Assembly (NCBI RefSeq): GCF_052169795.1
Contig: NZ_JBQNBU010000001.1
Coordinates: forward strand, 6,477-70,476
Length of the DNA stretch: 64,000 nucleotides
Direction of reading: 5' to 3'
Source: Catonella sp.
GTDB lineage: Bacteria > Bacillota > Clostridia > Lachnospirales > Lachnospiraceae
Position numbers and translations under genes: made by a program. This document shows positions 1-11,061 of this stretch, piece after piece. The first letter of the stretch is position 1; every line of letters begins with the position of its first letter. Under the pieces are notes generated by a model, which searched no databases, was not told where the DNA came from, and saw only the letters and a list, made by a program, of their open reading frames with translations.

Positions 1-1
1 G

Positions 2-3000
2 GGAGATAAGGTAAATTTCCGAGTATGGGCACCGACTGCTCACCAGGTAGAGCTTTTAACCTATGGAGATATTTCTACGGCAGAGGAAAGTCCAAGCGGA
101 ACTTATGCGATGATGCATGATAGTGCAAGTGGAACTTATCATATTACGGTAAATAAAACGGATGTGGATAAGAAGTATTATCTGTACCGCTTATCTTTTA
201 AAGAAAGAGATGAAGATGCGGCAAGTTTTACAATTAAAGACAGGGTGACTTATGCTGTAGATCCTTATGCGATTGCAACAGGGTTGAATGGAAAAAAAGG
301 TTATGTTGTCGATATTAATTCTTCAGAATTACAACCGGATAATTGGGAAAATGAGGTTAGACCGGAGTTGAAAAATCCGGAAGATTCCATTTTATATGAG
401 ATGCATGTAAGAGATTTTACGATACATGACAGTTGGAACGGAAACGCTGCATACAAAGGTAAATTCCTTGGAGTAGCACAAAGTGGAACAAGGTACACAG
501 GAAACGGGGTGGAGGTTAAAACGGGCTTAGACCATTTGGAAGAACTCGGAGTGACCCATGTTCACCTTCTTCCGGTTTATGATATTGCCTCTATTGAAGA
601 GGACGGAAATCATACCTTTGATGCAAAGAAGTCAAACGGTAAAGATTTTAACAGAAACTGGGGGTATGATCCACAGAATTATAATGCTTTGGAGGGCAGT
701 TATTCTACAAATCCAAATGATCCTACTCTTGTAATTAAAGAGTTCAGAACTATGGTACAGGCACTTCATAAAAAGAATATCAGAGTGGTACTTGACAAGG
801 TTTATAACCATATGTATTCTACTGCAAATATGGATAAAATCGTGCCGAACTATTACTTTAGAAGTAATGAAGAAGGAAAGTTTACGGACGGTTCCGGCTG
901 TGGAAATGAGGTAGCTACGGAAAGACCTATGGTTCGTAAGTTTGTTGTGGACTCAAATCTGATGTGGGTAAATAATTATAAGGTGGATGGACTTCGTTTT
1001 GACCTTATGGCACTCATCGACCACACTACAATGCATCAGGTACAGGAGAAGGCAAGGCAGATTGATCCTTCGATTATTGTATATGGTGAGCCTTGGAAAG
1101 CAGCAGATTCGCCGCTTCCGGAAGGAGAGCAGACAAAGAAAAACAGGACGGGAATTGCAGCCTTTAATGATACTTACAGAGATGCATTGAGAGGAAATAA
1201 TGATCCTGGCAGGGGCTTTGTTCATGGTGCAATAAACGGAGATAATTCAGGTAAGGTACAGGAGGGCTTGAAAGGATCTATTAATGGAACGGTAAGTGAT
1301 CCCGGCTTGATTATTAACTATGTTGAGGCACATGATAATTATGCTATTTGGGATCAGATAGAGAAGGCGGACTTAAATGTTGCGGATAAGGGATATAGAA
1401 AAGATCTCGATGGGAAATCGTTAGCAGCGGATCCGTTGGCAGACTGGAGAGTTAAGAAAACCCTTCTTGCAAGCGGCTTTGTGCTTACTTCACAGGGAAT
1501 TCCGTTTTTTCAAGGTGGTTCTGAAATTCTTAGAACAAAGCAGGGAGATCATAACAGTTATAAGAGTGATGATACTACAAATGCCATTTACTGGTCGGAT
1601 AAGGCAAAATTTAAACCGGTATTTGAGTTTTACAAAGGGCTGATTAAGCTAAGGAAAGAACATCCGGCATTCAGAATGACTTCTGCTGAAGAGATTCGAG
1701 GTCACCAGCAGGTAGACAAACTGATGAGTCAAGATGGTTTGATTTACAATCATTTAAAGAATAATGCAGGTGGAGATAAGTGGCAGAATATTGTTGTAAT
1801 TTATAACGGATCTACGGAAGATAAAAACATCACTTGGCTGCCTAAGGTACCGGGGAATAAATGGAAGGTTGTTCTTGATGATAAAGGTTTACATGAGGCA
1901 AACTTTAGAGAGGTGAGCCAAAAAGATGAGTATGGTAACTTGGAAAGTGCCTTAAATCTTCCTTCCAGCAGCTTTATGATTCTCTTTGATGAAGAAGCAA
2001 AGGCTGATGATATAAAATGGGATGATTTGTTTGCAGATCAGAGTACAGATTATATGGAACCGCTTGAGCCAAGCTCGACAGAGCCTGTGAAGGTAAGATT
2101 CAGAGCAGCAAAGGATGAAATTAAGTCTGCAAATGTGCATTATTATGATGAGGCGGATAAGCAGACAAAAACAGTTGTAATGACAAAAATTGCAGATAGT
2201 AATTTTTATACTTCAAGAAATTATGATAATTCTAAAATTGAGTTCTGGGAAGGAGTAATTCCTGCAAGTTCAAGTACGAAATATTATAATTTTGAGGTAA
2301 TTAATGGAACGAAAAGTGCCTGGATAAGTGGCGGAGCAGGAGAGAATAACAGGGGAATTACAAATAATAAGCCGACTTTACAAGGCGGCGGCATAGACCA
2401 CGGTTTCTCCATTGTGCCTGACTTTAAGACTCCGAACTGGGCGAAAGAGTCCGTATTCTATCAGATTATGGTAGACCGTTTTAGGGATGGTGACAGTAAG
2501 AATAACCGTGTGTCAAAAGATGTTTCGCAGTTTGGCAATCCATCGGAAATTTCCTCTTGGGGAAGCGAAGTGTTTAACGGTGAGGAAAGTGATAAGATTT
2601 GGAATAATCAGTTCTTCGGAGGAGATTTAATAGGTGTGAGGGAGGCAATTCCATATTTTAAGTATCTCGGTGTGGATTCTCTTTATCTAATGCCTATTTT
2701 CCAATCCGGAAGTGACCATAAATATGATGCGGACGATTATGACCATGTGGACAAGAATTTCGGTGGAAATAATGCCCTTGCAGACCTTAGTAAAGATGCT
2801 AAAGCAAATGATATCAACCTTGTACTGGATGGAGTTTTCAACCATACAAGTACTGAGGGTGAACTGTTTAAGAAACATAAAGAAAACTACTATTTTTATG
2901 AGAAGAATGGCTATAAAGATAGTGATGGAAAGGCAATTGACTTCTATGCCTGGCATGGATACTCAAATCTTGCAAAGCTTAATTACAGTAAAGAAGAGGT

Positions 3001-5245
3001 GAAAAATCTCATTTATAAGGGAAATGATGCGATTGCAAAGCGTTATTTGAAAGCTCCTTATAATATTGCAGGCTGGAGACTTGATGCGGCGGAGGATGTT
3101 AATACAAGACCTAGAGATTATAAGTATAATTTATTATTGGATTATAAAGCTAATCAGAATGATGAAGAACAGAGGAAGGCAAACCTTGATATTTGGAAAG
3201 GGTTTAGAGAAGAAGTAAGAAAAACGAAGAACGATGCTTATATCTTAGGTGAATTTTGGGAAAATGATAACCGTTGGTATTATGGCAAGGCTTGGGATTC
3301 GAAGATGAATTATGGCGGATTTTTAATGCCGTTTCTTCATAATAGCAGCAAAAATAAATATTTAGGTGACCAGAGTCTTGATAACAAGGGTGGAATGAGC
3401 GTTGCCGATATTGGTAAGTTCACAAGAAACTATGTGAAAAATTTCCCATATCAGACTGTTTTAAGCGGAACAAACTCTCTTTCAACACATGATCAGGCGA
3501 GGATTGCAAACAGGGAATTTGTGGGAGCAAATAATGATGCTATGATGGAAATTGCAACAGCCCTCCAGATGACTTATCCGGGAGTACCTATGGTTTATTA
3601 TGGAGATGAAATCGGTACAATAGGTAAGAGAGATAAGGATCCTCATAATAGGGGAACTTTCAACTGGGATGTAAATACCTGGAGTTCTGCCGGAAAAGAA
3701 ATGTTCAGGGATCACAAAACTCTTATTGCAACCAGAAAAGCGAATAAGGATGCCTTTGTTTACGGAGCTTTCGAGGAAATTCAGTCCCATAAGGATAATC
3801 AGTATATTGCTTATGCCCGTTATGGAAAAGGAAATAGAGCCGTTGTTGTGTTAAACAACAGTAACAAGGGAGGAAGTAAGAGTATTGAACTTGCAAAACT
3901 CTATCGTTACGGTTTTAAGAATGGCGATGTTTTAAAGGATGTTCTTACAGGAAATACCGTTACCGTTCAAAATGATAAAGTGAATATTACTTCGAAGGAC
4001 ATGACTGCTTCGGTTTGGGTACTTAGTGATAAAGCACCGGAAAGAAGCGAGGGAGTAAGCTTCACCCTTACAGACCTTTCAGATACGAGAACGGAAGTGG
4101 GAGAAGTGGAAAGTCCTGTCTATGAAGAAAAAAACGGAGTGGTAACCTTAACATGGAAGAATGCTTTAAAGGCAGGAGCAAAGGAGATTTCTGTAAGACT
4201 ATATGATGGAAATAAGGTTCTTGCCGAGAAGATTGTACCAATAACTGAAACAACAGCGAGTTTCAATAAGAAGGATTTAAATATTACTAAGCCGTTTACC
4301 GTCTTTGTGAGAGTAATAGCAAATCGAGATGACTTATTAAATGATGTTTATTTAGATGGAAGTTATAAAGAAGCAAAAAATAAAAATTCAGAAAACAATT
4401 CGTCTAACGGAGGAAATGGCTCAAATAATTCCGGCAGTAATCCGTCTAATGGAGGAAATGGCTCAAATAATTCCGGCAGCAATCCGTCTAATGGAGGAAA
4501 TGGCTCAAATAATTCCGACAGCAATCCGTCTTATGGCAGGAATGAGACAAAAAATTTCGGCAGCAATTCATCTTCCGGAGGTGGTAACGGAGCATCTGAT
4601 TCCTCGAGAAATGAGCAAAATAAGTCTGAAATAAATAAGACAAAGCTTGATAATGCAAAAACTTCCCCTTCTGAAGATACGACTACAGTTGTAGAAAAAA
4701 CAAAGAAAATTGCTGAGATTATTGTGGATTCTTCAAAGAAGGAGAAGGCGAAAGTTTCCGAAAAGAAGATTGAAGAGCTTTTGAAAGAAGAAGATGCAAG
4801 GCTTAAAATTAAGGTTCAAAAGGTTGAAGTTTCCGTAAATAAAGATTCGTTAGTTTCAATTTTTAAAGAAACTGTAAAACCGCTCATTGTGTCAGTAAAA
4901 GTAGACAGTGTAAAAGAAAAAACTTCTAAGGATTTAAAGAAAAATCTGAAGAAAACCACTTTACTAAGTAATAAGGTTTTTAAAATCAGTGTAAAAACAG
5001 GCAAAACCAGTCTTGATAAACTGTTCAAAAATGATGACAAAATAGATATTTCCTTATCTGTTAAGCTGAAAAAACCTTCAAAAAACATTTATGTGATGGA
5101 TGTAAAGAGTGGAGATATAATAAAGGCAAAATATGATAAAAAGGAAAAGAAACTAAAGTTTAAGACTTCTAAGTTGGGAAAATTTGTGATTGTCGGAAAA
5201 CTGACACACAGGAAAAAAGAAGATAAAAAGACTTTACAACCGTAA
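2..5245 (+). CDS. Large GH13 enzyme with two catalytic domains (type I pullulanase-like + neopullulanase/alpha-amylase-like); 5' end lies upstream of the window
   Basis: Frame is open from base 2 (GDKVNFRVWAPTA, typical CBM48 start). Domain 1: NWGYDP, DGLRFDLM, YGEPW, YVEAHDN. Domain 2: VFYQIMVDRF, GGDLIG, GWRLDAA, LGEFW, STHD. Then an N/S/G-rich linker and a Lys-rich C-terminal domain. Confidence 0.9.
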   Translation, partial: GDKVNFRVWAPTAHQVELLTYGDISTAEESPSGTYAMMHDSASGTYHITVNKTDVDKKYYLYRLSFKERDEDAASFTIKDRVTYAVDPYAIATGLNGKKGYVVDINSSELQPDNWENEVRPELKNPEDSILYEMHVRDFTIHDSWNGNAAYKGKFLGVAQSGTRYTGNGVEVKTGLDHLEELGVTHVHLLPVYDIASIEEDGNHTFDAKKSNGKDFNRNWGYDPQNYNALEGSYSTNPNDPTLVIKEFRTMVQALHKKNIRVVLDKVYNHMYSTANMDKIVPNYYFRSNEEGKFTDGSGCGNEVATERPMVRKFVVDSNLMWVNNYKVDGLRFDLMALIDHTTMHQVQEKARQIDPSIIVYGEPWKAADSPLPEGEQTKKNRTGIAAFNDTYRDALRGNNDPGRGFVHGAINGDNSGKVQEGLKGSINGTVSDPGLIINYVEAHDNYAIWDQIEKADLNVADKGYRKDLDGKSLAADPLADWRVKKTLLASGFVLTSQGIPFFQGGSEILRTKQGDHNSYKSDDTTNAIYWSDKAKFKPVFEFYKGLIKLRKEHPAFRMTSAEEIRGHQQVDKLMSQDGLIYNHLKNNAGGDKWQNIVVIYNGSTEDKNITWLPKVPGNKWKVVLDDKGLHEANFREVSQKDEYGNLESALNLPSSSFMILFDEEAKADDIKWDDLFADQSTDYMEPLEPSSTEPVKVRFRAAKDEIKSANVHYYDEADKQTKTVVMTKIADSNFYTSRNYDNSKIEFWEGVIPASSSTKYYNFEVINGTKSAWISGGAGENNRGITNNKPTLQGGGIDHGFSIVPDFKTPNWAKESVFYQIMVDRFRDGDSKNNRVSKDVSQFGNPSEISSWGSEVFNGEESDKIWNNQFFGGDLIGVREAIPYFKYLGVDSLYLMPIFQSGSDHKYDADDYDHVDKNFGGNNALADLSKDAKANDINLVLDGVFNHTSTEGELFKKHKENYYFYEKNGYKDSDGKAIDFYAWHGYSNLAKLNYSKEEVKNLIYKGNDAIAKRYLKAPYNIAGWRLDAAEDVNTRPRDYKYNLLLDYKANQNDEEQRKANLDIWKGFREEVRKTKNDAYILGEFWENDNRWYYGKAWDSKMNYGGFLMPFLHNSSKNKYLGDQSLDNKGGMSVADIGKFTRNYVKNFPYQTVLSGTNSLSTHDQARIANREFVGANNDAMMEIATALQMTYPGVPMVYYGDEIGTIGKRDKDPHNRGTFNWDVNTWSSAGKEMFRDHKTLIATRKANKDAFVYGAFEEIQSHKDNQYIAYARYGKGNRAVVVLNNSNKGGSKSIELAKLYRYGFKNGDVLKDVLTGNTVTVQNDKVNITSKDMTASVWVLSDKAPERSEGVSFTLTDLSDTRTEVGEVESPVYEEKNGVVTLTWKNALKAGAKEISVRLYDGNKVLAEKIVPITETTASFNKKDLNITKPFTVFVRVIANRDDLLNDVYLDGSYKEAKNKNSENNSSNGGNGSNNSGSNPSNGGNGSNNSGSNPSNGGNGSNNSDSNPSYGRNETKNFGSNSSSGGGNGASDSSRNEQNKSEINKTKLDNAKTSPSEDTTTVVEKTKKIAEIIVDSSKKEKAKVSEKKIEELLKEEDARLKIKVQKVEVSVNKDSLVSIFKETVKPLIVSVKVDSVKEKTSKDLKKNLKKTTLLSNKVFKISVKTGKTSLDKLFKNDDKIDISLSVKLKKPSKNIYVMDVKSGDIIKAKYDKKEKKLKFKTSKLGKFVIVGKLTHRKKEDKKTLQP
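4397..4531 (+). repeat. 42-bp in-frame tandem repeat (~3.2 copies) encoding NPSNGGNGSNNSGS linker
   Basis: Units start at 4397, 4439, 4481 and (partial) 4523; consensus AATCCGTCTAATGGAGGAAATGGCTCAAATAATTCCGGCAGC. Confidence 0.95.
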
Positions 5246-5248
5246 CTA

Positions 5249-5277
5249 TTGTAATTTCAAAGCCTCTATGATATAAT
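5249..5277 (+). promoter_or_regulatory. Sigma-A-type promoter for tig-clpP-clpX
   Basis: TTGTAA-17 bp-TATAAT with TGn extension, upstream of the AGGAGG RBS. Confidence 0.65.
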
Positions 5278-5331
5278 GATATACTGTCATAGCATATATT
5301 TAGCTATAATTTAAGGAGGATATAATAAAAC

Positions 5332-6690
5332 ATGAGTGTACAGATTGAGAACTTAGAACAGAAAAATATGGTAAAGCTTACCATTGAAAGAGAAGCAAAA
5401 GAATTAGATGCAGCAATTAACAAGGTATATCATAAGCAGAAGAACAGAATTGCTGTTCCTGGATTCCGTAAGGGAAAAGCACCTCTTGCTATGATTGAAA
5501 AAATGTATGGTGCGGAAGTATTTTTTGAAGATGCAGCTAATGAAATTATCGGTGCAGCTTATGAGGATGCAGCTAATGAAAGCGGTTTAGAGATAGTTTC
5601 ACAGCCGGAAATAGAAGTAACACAGATTGAAAAAGGTAAACCTTTTATATTTACAGCAACAGTTGCAACTAAGCCTGAGGTTGAGCTTGGAGAATATAAG
5701 GGAGTTCAGGTTCCTAAGGCTGATACGGAAGTTTCAGAAGAGGAACTTAATAATGAAATTGATATTGACAGAAATAAAAATGCCAGAACCATCAAAGTTG
5801 AAGATGGTGCTGCAGTAAATGGTGATGAGACCGTTATTGATTTTGACGGCTATGTGGATGGTGAGCAGTTTGAGGGCGGAAAGAGTGAGAATTATCCTCT
5901 TACACTTGGTTCACATGCTTTTATTGAAGGCTTTGAAGATCAGATTGTCGGACATAAAGTTAATGATGAGTTTGATGTAAATGTTACTTTCCCTGAAGAG
6001 TATCATGCAAAGGCTCTTGCAGGAAAACCGGCTGTATTCAAGGTAGCCCTTAAGGAGATTAAGCGTAAGGAACTTCCTGAGTTAGATGATGATTTTGTAC
6101 AGGATGTAAGTGAATATAATACAGTAGCTGAGTATAAAGAGGCTCTTACAAAGAGAGTTTCTGAGCGTAAAGCTAATACAGCTAAGAGTGCAAAAGAAGA
6201 AGCTGCCATTGATAAAGTAATTGAGTCAGCTAAAATGGATATTCCTGAAGCTATGATAGAGTCACAGACTCGCCAGATGGCACAGGACTTTGCTAACAGA
6301 ATCCGTCAGCAGGGACTTAGCCCTGAGCAGTATTTCCAGTTTACAGGAATGAGTCCTGACACATTTATGGAGAATCTCAGACCACAGGCTCTTAAGAGAA
6401 TTCAGAGCAGACTTGTGCTTGAAGCGGTTGTTAAGGCTGAGAATATTGAGGCTTCTGAGGAAGACTTTAACAAAGAACTTGAGGAAATGTCAAAGGCTTA
6501 CAATATTGAAATAGAGAAACTTAAAGAGTCTATCGGAGAAGAAGAGAAGAAGAGCATGATGACTGATCTTGCAGTATCTAAGGCAGTTGATTTCATCAGA
6601 GATGCAGCAGTAGAATCTGAAGAGAATGAAGCTCCAAAGAAGGCTGCAAGAAAGCCAAGAAAGAAGAAAGAAGAGACAACTGAAGAATAA
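5332..6690 (+). CDS. tig: Trigger factor
   Basis: PGFRKGKAP ribosome-binding motif, FKBP domain (IDFDGYVDGEQFEGG), precedes clpP. Confidence 0.97.
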   Translation: MSVQIENLEQKNMVKLTIEREAKELDAAINKVYHKQKNRIAVPGFRKGKAPLAMIEKMYGAEVFFEDAANEIIGAAYEDAANESGLEIVSQPEIEVTQIEKGKPFIFTATVATKPEVELGEYKGVQVPKADTEVSEEELNNEIDIDRNKNARTIKVEDGAAVNGDETVIDFDGYVDGEQFEGGKSENYPLTLGSHAFIEGFEDQIVGHKVNDEFDVNVTFPEEYHAKALAGKPAVFKVALKEIKRKELPELDDDFVQDVSEYNTVAEYKEALTKRVSERKANTAKSAKEEAAIDKVIESAKMDIPEAMIESQTRQMAQDFANRIRQQGLSPEQYFQFTGMSPDTFMENLRPQALKRIQSRLVLEAVVKAENIEASEEDFNKELEEMSKAYNIEIEKLKESIGEEEKKSMMTDLAVSKAVDFIRDAAVESEENEAPKKAARKPRKKKEETTEE

Positions 6691-6709
6691 ATAGTATTGG
6701 AGGTAAGGT

Positions 6710-7294
6710 ATGAGTTTAACTCCTTATGTCATTGAACAGACTAGCCAAGGAGAAAGGCAGTATGATATCTATTCCAGACTTCTGAAAGACAGGATTATAT
6801 TTTTGGGTGAAGAAGTAACGGATTATTCTGCTAATATTGTAATAGCACAGCTACTTTTCCTTGAAGCAGAAGATCCGTCTAAGGATATTCATCTCTATAT
6901 AAATAGTCCCGGTGGCTCTGTTACAGCGGGGATGGCAATTTATGATACTATGAATTATATTAAATGTGATGTTTCAACTATTTGTATGGGGCTTGCAGCA
7001 AGTATGGGAGCTTTCCTTCTTGCAGGTGGTGCGAAGGGAAAGAGGTTTGCACTCCCTAATTCAGAAATTATGATTCATCAACCTTCAGGCGGTGCAAGAG
7101 GACAGGCTTCGGATATTAAGATTGTTGCAGATAATATTATTAAGACACGCCACAAGTTAAATGAAATGCTTGCAGCTAATACAGGAAAGCCGATAGAAGA
7201 GATTGAAAGAGATACAGAGCGTGATAATTTTATGACAGCAGAAGAGGCTAAGGCTTATGGTATTATTGATGAAATAGTTAGCAAGAGAGCATAG
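6710..7294 (+). CDS. clpP: ATP-dependent Clp protease proteolytic subunit
   Basis: [35 protein letters not shown]. Confidence 0.98.
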   Translation: MSLTPYVIEQTSQGERQYDIYSRLLKDRIIFLGEEVTDYSANIVIAQLLFLEAEDPSKDIHLYINSPGGSVTAGMAIYDTMNYIKCDVSTICMGLAASMGAFLLAGGAKGKRFALPNSEIMIHQPSGGARGQASDIKIVADNIIKTRHKLNEMLAANTGKPIEEIERDTERDNFMTAEEAKAYGIIDEIVSKRA

Positions 7295-7310
7295 AATCGA
7301 GGGATTATAG

Positions 7311-8600
7311 ATGGCAAAGAGTAATGAACAGGGCAAATTAAAGTGCTCTTTTTGTGGAAAACCGCAGGATCAGGTTAGAAAACTTATTGCGGGACAGGGA
7401 GTTTATATCTGTGATGAATGCATTAGCCTTTGTTCAGAAATTATTGAAGAAGAATTTGAAATGGATGAGGATGCTGCAGGATTTAACCTCTATAAGCCTG
7501 AACAGATTAAAGATTTTTTGGATCAGTATGTAATAGGACAGGATGATGCCAAAAAAGCTCTTGCCGTAGCAGTTTATAATCATTATAAAAGAGTTTCTAT
7601 GGGAAAGAGTTTGGATGTTGAACTTCAGAAGAGCAATATAGTAATGGTGGGACCTACAGGTTCGGGCAAGACTTATCTTGCCCAAACCTTGGCGAAGCTG
7701 TTAAATGTGCCTTTTGCTATTGCTGATGCAACAACTCTTACAGAAGCAGGTTATGTGGGTGAGGATGTTGAAAATGTACTTTTGAAGCTTATCCAGTCTG
7801 CAGAATATGATATTGATAGGGCAGAACATGGCATAATTTATATTGATGAAATAGATAAGATTACAAGAAAGTCTGAAAATACTTCCATTACAAGAGATGT
7901 ATCGGGAGAGGGCGTGCAGCAGGCTCTGCTTAAGATGCTTGAAGGCACGGTAGCTTCAGTACCACCTCAAGGTGGAAGAAAGCATCCGCATCAGGAGTTT
8001 TTGCAGATAGATACTAAGGATATTTTGTTTATCTGTGGAGGAGCTTTTGATGGAATTGAAAAAATAATTGAATCCAGAATTGATAGAAAATCAATAGGTT
8101 TTGGTGGAGAGGTTGAGGATAAGTCTAAAAAGAATATTTCTGAAATACTTAAACAGATAGCTCCACAGGATTTTGTGAAATTCGGAATGATACCTGAGTT
8201 CATAGGCAGAGTACCTATAGTAGTTGCACTTGATTTGCTTGATGAAGATGCACTTATGCGAATAGTTACTGAACCCAAAAATGCTATGATTAAGCAGTAT
8301 AAGAAGCTTCTTGAGTTTGATGGTGTAGAACTTGTATTCGAAGAAGATGCGATAAGAGAGGTAGCAAAGCAGTCTGCTGAAAGGAAAACAGGTGCAAGAG
8401 GTCTTAGAGCTATAATGGAGAAGACTATGCTTGATACTATGTTTACCATTCCATCTGAGGAAAAGGCAGTTAAATGTATTGTTACTGCGGCAGCTGTAAA
8501 GGGTGAAGAGAAACCGCAGGTTATTTATTCTGAGGATAAACCTCCTAGAAAAGGAATAAGTTTTAAGAAAAAAACAAGTAATAAAGGCGAAATAGCATAA
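7311..8600 (+). CDS. clpX: ATP-dependent Clp protease ATP-binding subunit ClpX
   Basis: CSFCGK...CDEC zinc finger, [28 protein letters not shown]. Confidence 0.98.
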   Translation: MAKSNEQGKLKCSFCGKPQDQVRKLIAGQGVYICDECISLCSEIIEEEFEMDEDAAGFNLYKPEQIKDFLDQYVIGQDDAKKALAVAVYNHYKRVSMGKSLDVELQKSNIVMVGPTGSGKTYLAQTLAKLLNVPFAIADATTLTEAGYVGEDVENVLLKLIQSAEYDIDRAEHGIIYIDEIDKITRKSENTSITRDVSGEGVQQALLKMLEGTVASVPPQGGRKHPHQEFLQIDTKDILFICGGAFDGIEKIIESRIDRKSIGFGGEVEDKSKKNISEILKQIAPQDFVKFGMIPEFIGRVPIVVALDLLDEDALMRIVTEPKNAMIKQYKKLLEFDGVELVFEEDAIREVAKQSAERKTGARGLRAIMEKTMLDTMFTIPSEEKAVKCIVTAAAVKGEEKPQVIYSEDKPPRKGISFKKKTSNKGEIA

Positions 8601-9913
8601 TGGAACAGATGTCTTTTTTTGACACAGGCCGTAATGTAACTCCTTTGGCTGACAGGTTAAGGCCGGAGGAGTTTTCTGCATTTGCGGGTCAGGAACATTT
8701 AATAGGCGAAGGTAAACTATTAAGAAGGCTAATAGAAAACGATAATATATCGTCTATGATATTTTGGGGACCGCCTGGAGTAGGAAAAACTACTCTGGCA
8801 GGTATAATTGCAGCTAAAACGCATTCGGAATTTATTAATTTCAGTGCTGTTACCAGTGGAATTAAGGAAATTAAAGAGGTAATGGCTAAGGCTGAAGAAA
8901 CCAGAAGGCTTGGGATGAGGACAGTCTTATTTGTAGATGAGATTCACCGCTTTAATAAGGCTCAGCAGGATGCCTTCCTTCCTTTTGTTGAAAGAGGAAG
9001 TATTATCCTAATCGGGGCAACAACTGAAAATCCTTCTTTTGAGATTAATGCGGCGTTGCTGTCAAGATGTAAGGTGTTTGTGCTAAAACAGCTTACTTCG
9101 GAAGATATTGCCAAACTTTTAACAAGGGCATTGAAGGATAAAAAAGGCTTTGGAATGCTGAATGTAGAAATAGCTGATGACTTGGTACATGCTATAGCTT
9201 TATTTTCAAACGGAGATGCGAGAACTGCACTCAATACCCTTGAAATGGCTATAAACAATGGGGAATTTACCAAAGAAAAAACTGTAGTTACAAAGGAAAT
9301 AGTTGAACAGTGTACCGGTAAGAAAGCCTTGCTCTATGATAAAAATGGTGAAGAGCATTATAATTTGATTTCAGCCTTGCATAAATCTATGAGAAATTCC
9401 GACCCTGATGCGGCTATATACTGGCTGGTTAGGATGCTTGAGGCGGGAGAAGAGCCTCTTTACATAGCAAGGAGAGTCATAAGGTTTGCAAGTGAAGATG
9501 TAGGGCTTGCGGATATTCAGGCTTTACCTCTGGCTGTAGCCGCATATCAGGCCTGCCATTATATTGGAATGCCGGAGTGCAGTGTAAATTTGATGGAAGC
9601 TGTCACCTATATGGCATTAGCTCCTAAATCAAATGCGATGGAAGCGGGATATTTTAAGGCTAGGGATGATGTGGCAAATACATTTTCAGCACCTGTACCA
9701 CTTCATATACGAAATGCTCCGACAAAACTTATGGCTGAACTTGACTATGGTAAAGGCTATCAATATGCACATAATTATGAAGAAAAGATAACTAAGATGA
9801 AATGCCTTCCTGAAGTACTTGCAGATAGGCATTATTATGAGCCATGTGGCATGGGGATGGAAAAAGAATTTAAGGCAAGACTTGAAGAAATTAGAAAATA
9901 TAGGGAGGACTGA
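8600..9913 (+). CDS. rarA: Replication-associated recombination protein A (MgsA/RarA AAA+ ATPase)
   Basis: PLADRLRP, WGPPGVGKTT, DEIHRFNKAQQD, GATTENP, ISALHKSMR, ASEDVGLAD. Confidence 0.95.
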   Translation: MEQMSFFDTGRNVTPLADRLRPEEFSAFAGQEHLIGEGKLLRRLIENDNISSMIFWGPPGVGKTTLAGIIAAKTHSEFINFSAVTSGIKEIKEVMAKAEETRRLGMRTVLFVDEIHRFNKAQQDAFLPFVERGSIILIGATTENPSFEINAALLSRCKVFVLKQLTSEDIAKLLTRALKDKKGFGMLNVEIADDLVHAIALFSNGDARTALNTLEMAINNGEFTKEKTVVTKEIVEQCTGKKALLYDKNGEEHYNLISALHKSMRNSDPDAAIYWLVRMLEAGEEPLYIARRVIRFASEDVGLADIQALPLAVAAYQACHYIGMPECSVNLMEAVTYMALAPKSNAMEAGYFKARDDVANTFSAPVPLHIRNAPTKLMAELDYGKGYQYAHNYEEKITKMKCLPEVLADRHYYEPCGMGMEKEFKARLEEIRKYRED

Positions 9914-9914
9914 G

Positions 9915-11051
9915 ATGATTTACTTAGATAATGCAGCGACAACAAGGGTGAAGCCTCAAGAGGTGGTAGAGGCTGTAACAAATGCTCTTACAACACTTGG
10001 TAATGCTGAAAGAGGTACACATTCAGCTTCACTCGGGGCTTCCAGAACAGTTTTTTCTACAAGGATGAAGCTGGCTAAGTTCTTTAATGCAGAAGGTCCG
10101 TCAAATATAGTATTTACTATGAATGCTACCGAGAGCTTAAATATAGTTATAAAGGGTATACTAAAAAAAGGAGATGCAGTAATTTCAACCTGCCTTGAGC
10201 ATAATTCAGTCCTTCGTCCTCTCTATCAGATGCGTGATGACGGTGTGGAACTTTCGTTTGTTGGAGCTGATGAACTTGGAAGACCTTGCTATAAAGAATT
10301 TGAAAGTCTTATAAAGTCCAATACAAAGGCTATAATTACAACGGCAGGATCTAATCTTACAGGGAATCTTGTCGATATAAAAAAAGTTGGTGAAATTGCA
10401 AAAAAACATGGACTTCTTTTTATTGTAGATGCATCACAGACAGCAGGAGTATTTAAGACAGATGTACAGGATCTTAATATAGACATCCTTTGCTTTACGG
10501 GACACAAAGGACTTTTGGGACCTCAGGGAACAGGCGGTATCTATGTAAGGACAGGAGTGGATGTTAGACCCTATCTTTCAGGAGGCACAGGAGTTCAAAC
10601 ATATAATGAACATCAGCCGTTAGAAATGCCTACAAGGCTTGAAGCAGGTACTCTTAACGGACATGGTATAGCCGGACTTGATGCGGCAATTGATTATATA
10701 AATAAGTTTGGAATGCAGAAAATTCATGATAGGGAGATAGCTCTTATGTGGAGATTTTATAATGGAGTAAAGCACATTAAGGGAATCAAAATATATGGAG
10801 ATTTTGAGGCAAAAGACCGTTGCCCGATAGTTTCACTAAATCTTTCCGATTATGAATCCGGAGCTGTAAGTGATGAACTTTTTGAAAGATTTGAGATAGC
10901 TGTAAGGTCGGGTGGACATTGTGCACCTCTTATGCATAAAGCACTTGGAACAGTGGATCAGGGGGCCGTAAGATTCAGTTTTTCACATTTTAATACTGAA
11001 GAAGAGATTGACGAGGCGATTAATGCAGTGAAGATACTGGCTGAGGAATAA
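9915..11051 (+). CDS. Class V PLP aminotransferase, cysteine desulfurase / selenocysteine lyase family
   Basis: IYLDNAATT, EHNS, DASQ, FTGHKGLLGPQG, EAGT, RSGGHCA. Start moved to the ATG at 9915, behind GGAGG. Confidence 0.9.
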   Translation: MIYLDNAATTRVKPQEVVEAVTNALTTLGNAERGTHSASLGASRTVFSTRMKLAKFFNAEGPSNIVFTMNATESLNIVIKGILKKGDAVISTCLEHNSVLRPLYQMRDDGVELSFVGADELGRPCYKEFESLIKSNTKAIITTAGSNLTGNLVDIKKVGEIAKKHGLLFIVDASQTAGVFKTDVQDLNIDILCFTGHKGLLGPQGTGGIYVRTGVDVRPYLSGGTGVQTYNEHQPLEMPTRLEAGTLNGHGIAGLDAAIDYINKFGMQKIHDREIALMWRFYNGVKHIKGIKIYGDFEAKDRCPIVSLNLSDYESGAVSDELFERFEIAVRSGGHCAPLMHKALGTVDQGAVRFSFSHFNTEEEIDEAINAVKILAEE

Positions 11052-11061
11052 GAGGTATTTG

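Noticed and set aside
4356..4634. Alternative-frame ORF with repeats, or a CRISPR-like array
   Set aside because: It is a shadow of the in-frame 42-bp linker repeat; there are no unique spacers.
9819..9914. Extended start of the desulfurase, and UGA read-through of rarA
   Set aside because: The extension overlaps rarA. The TGA at 9911-9913 is followed by the next gene in a different frame, so there is no Sec fusion.
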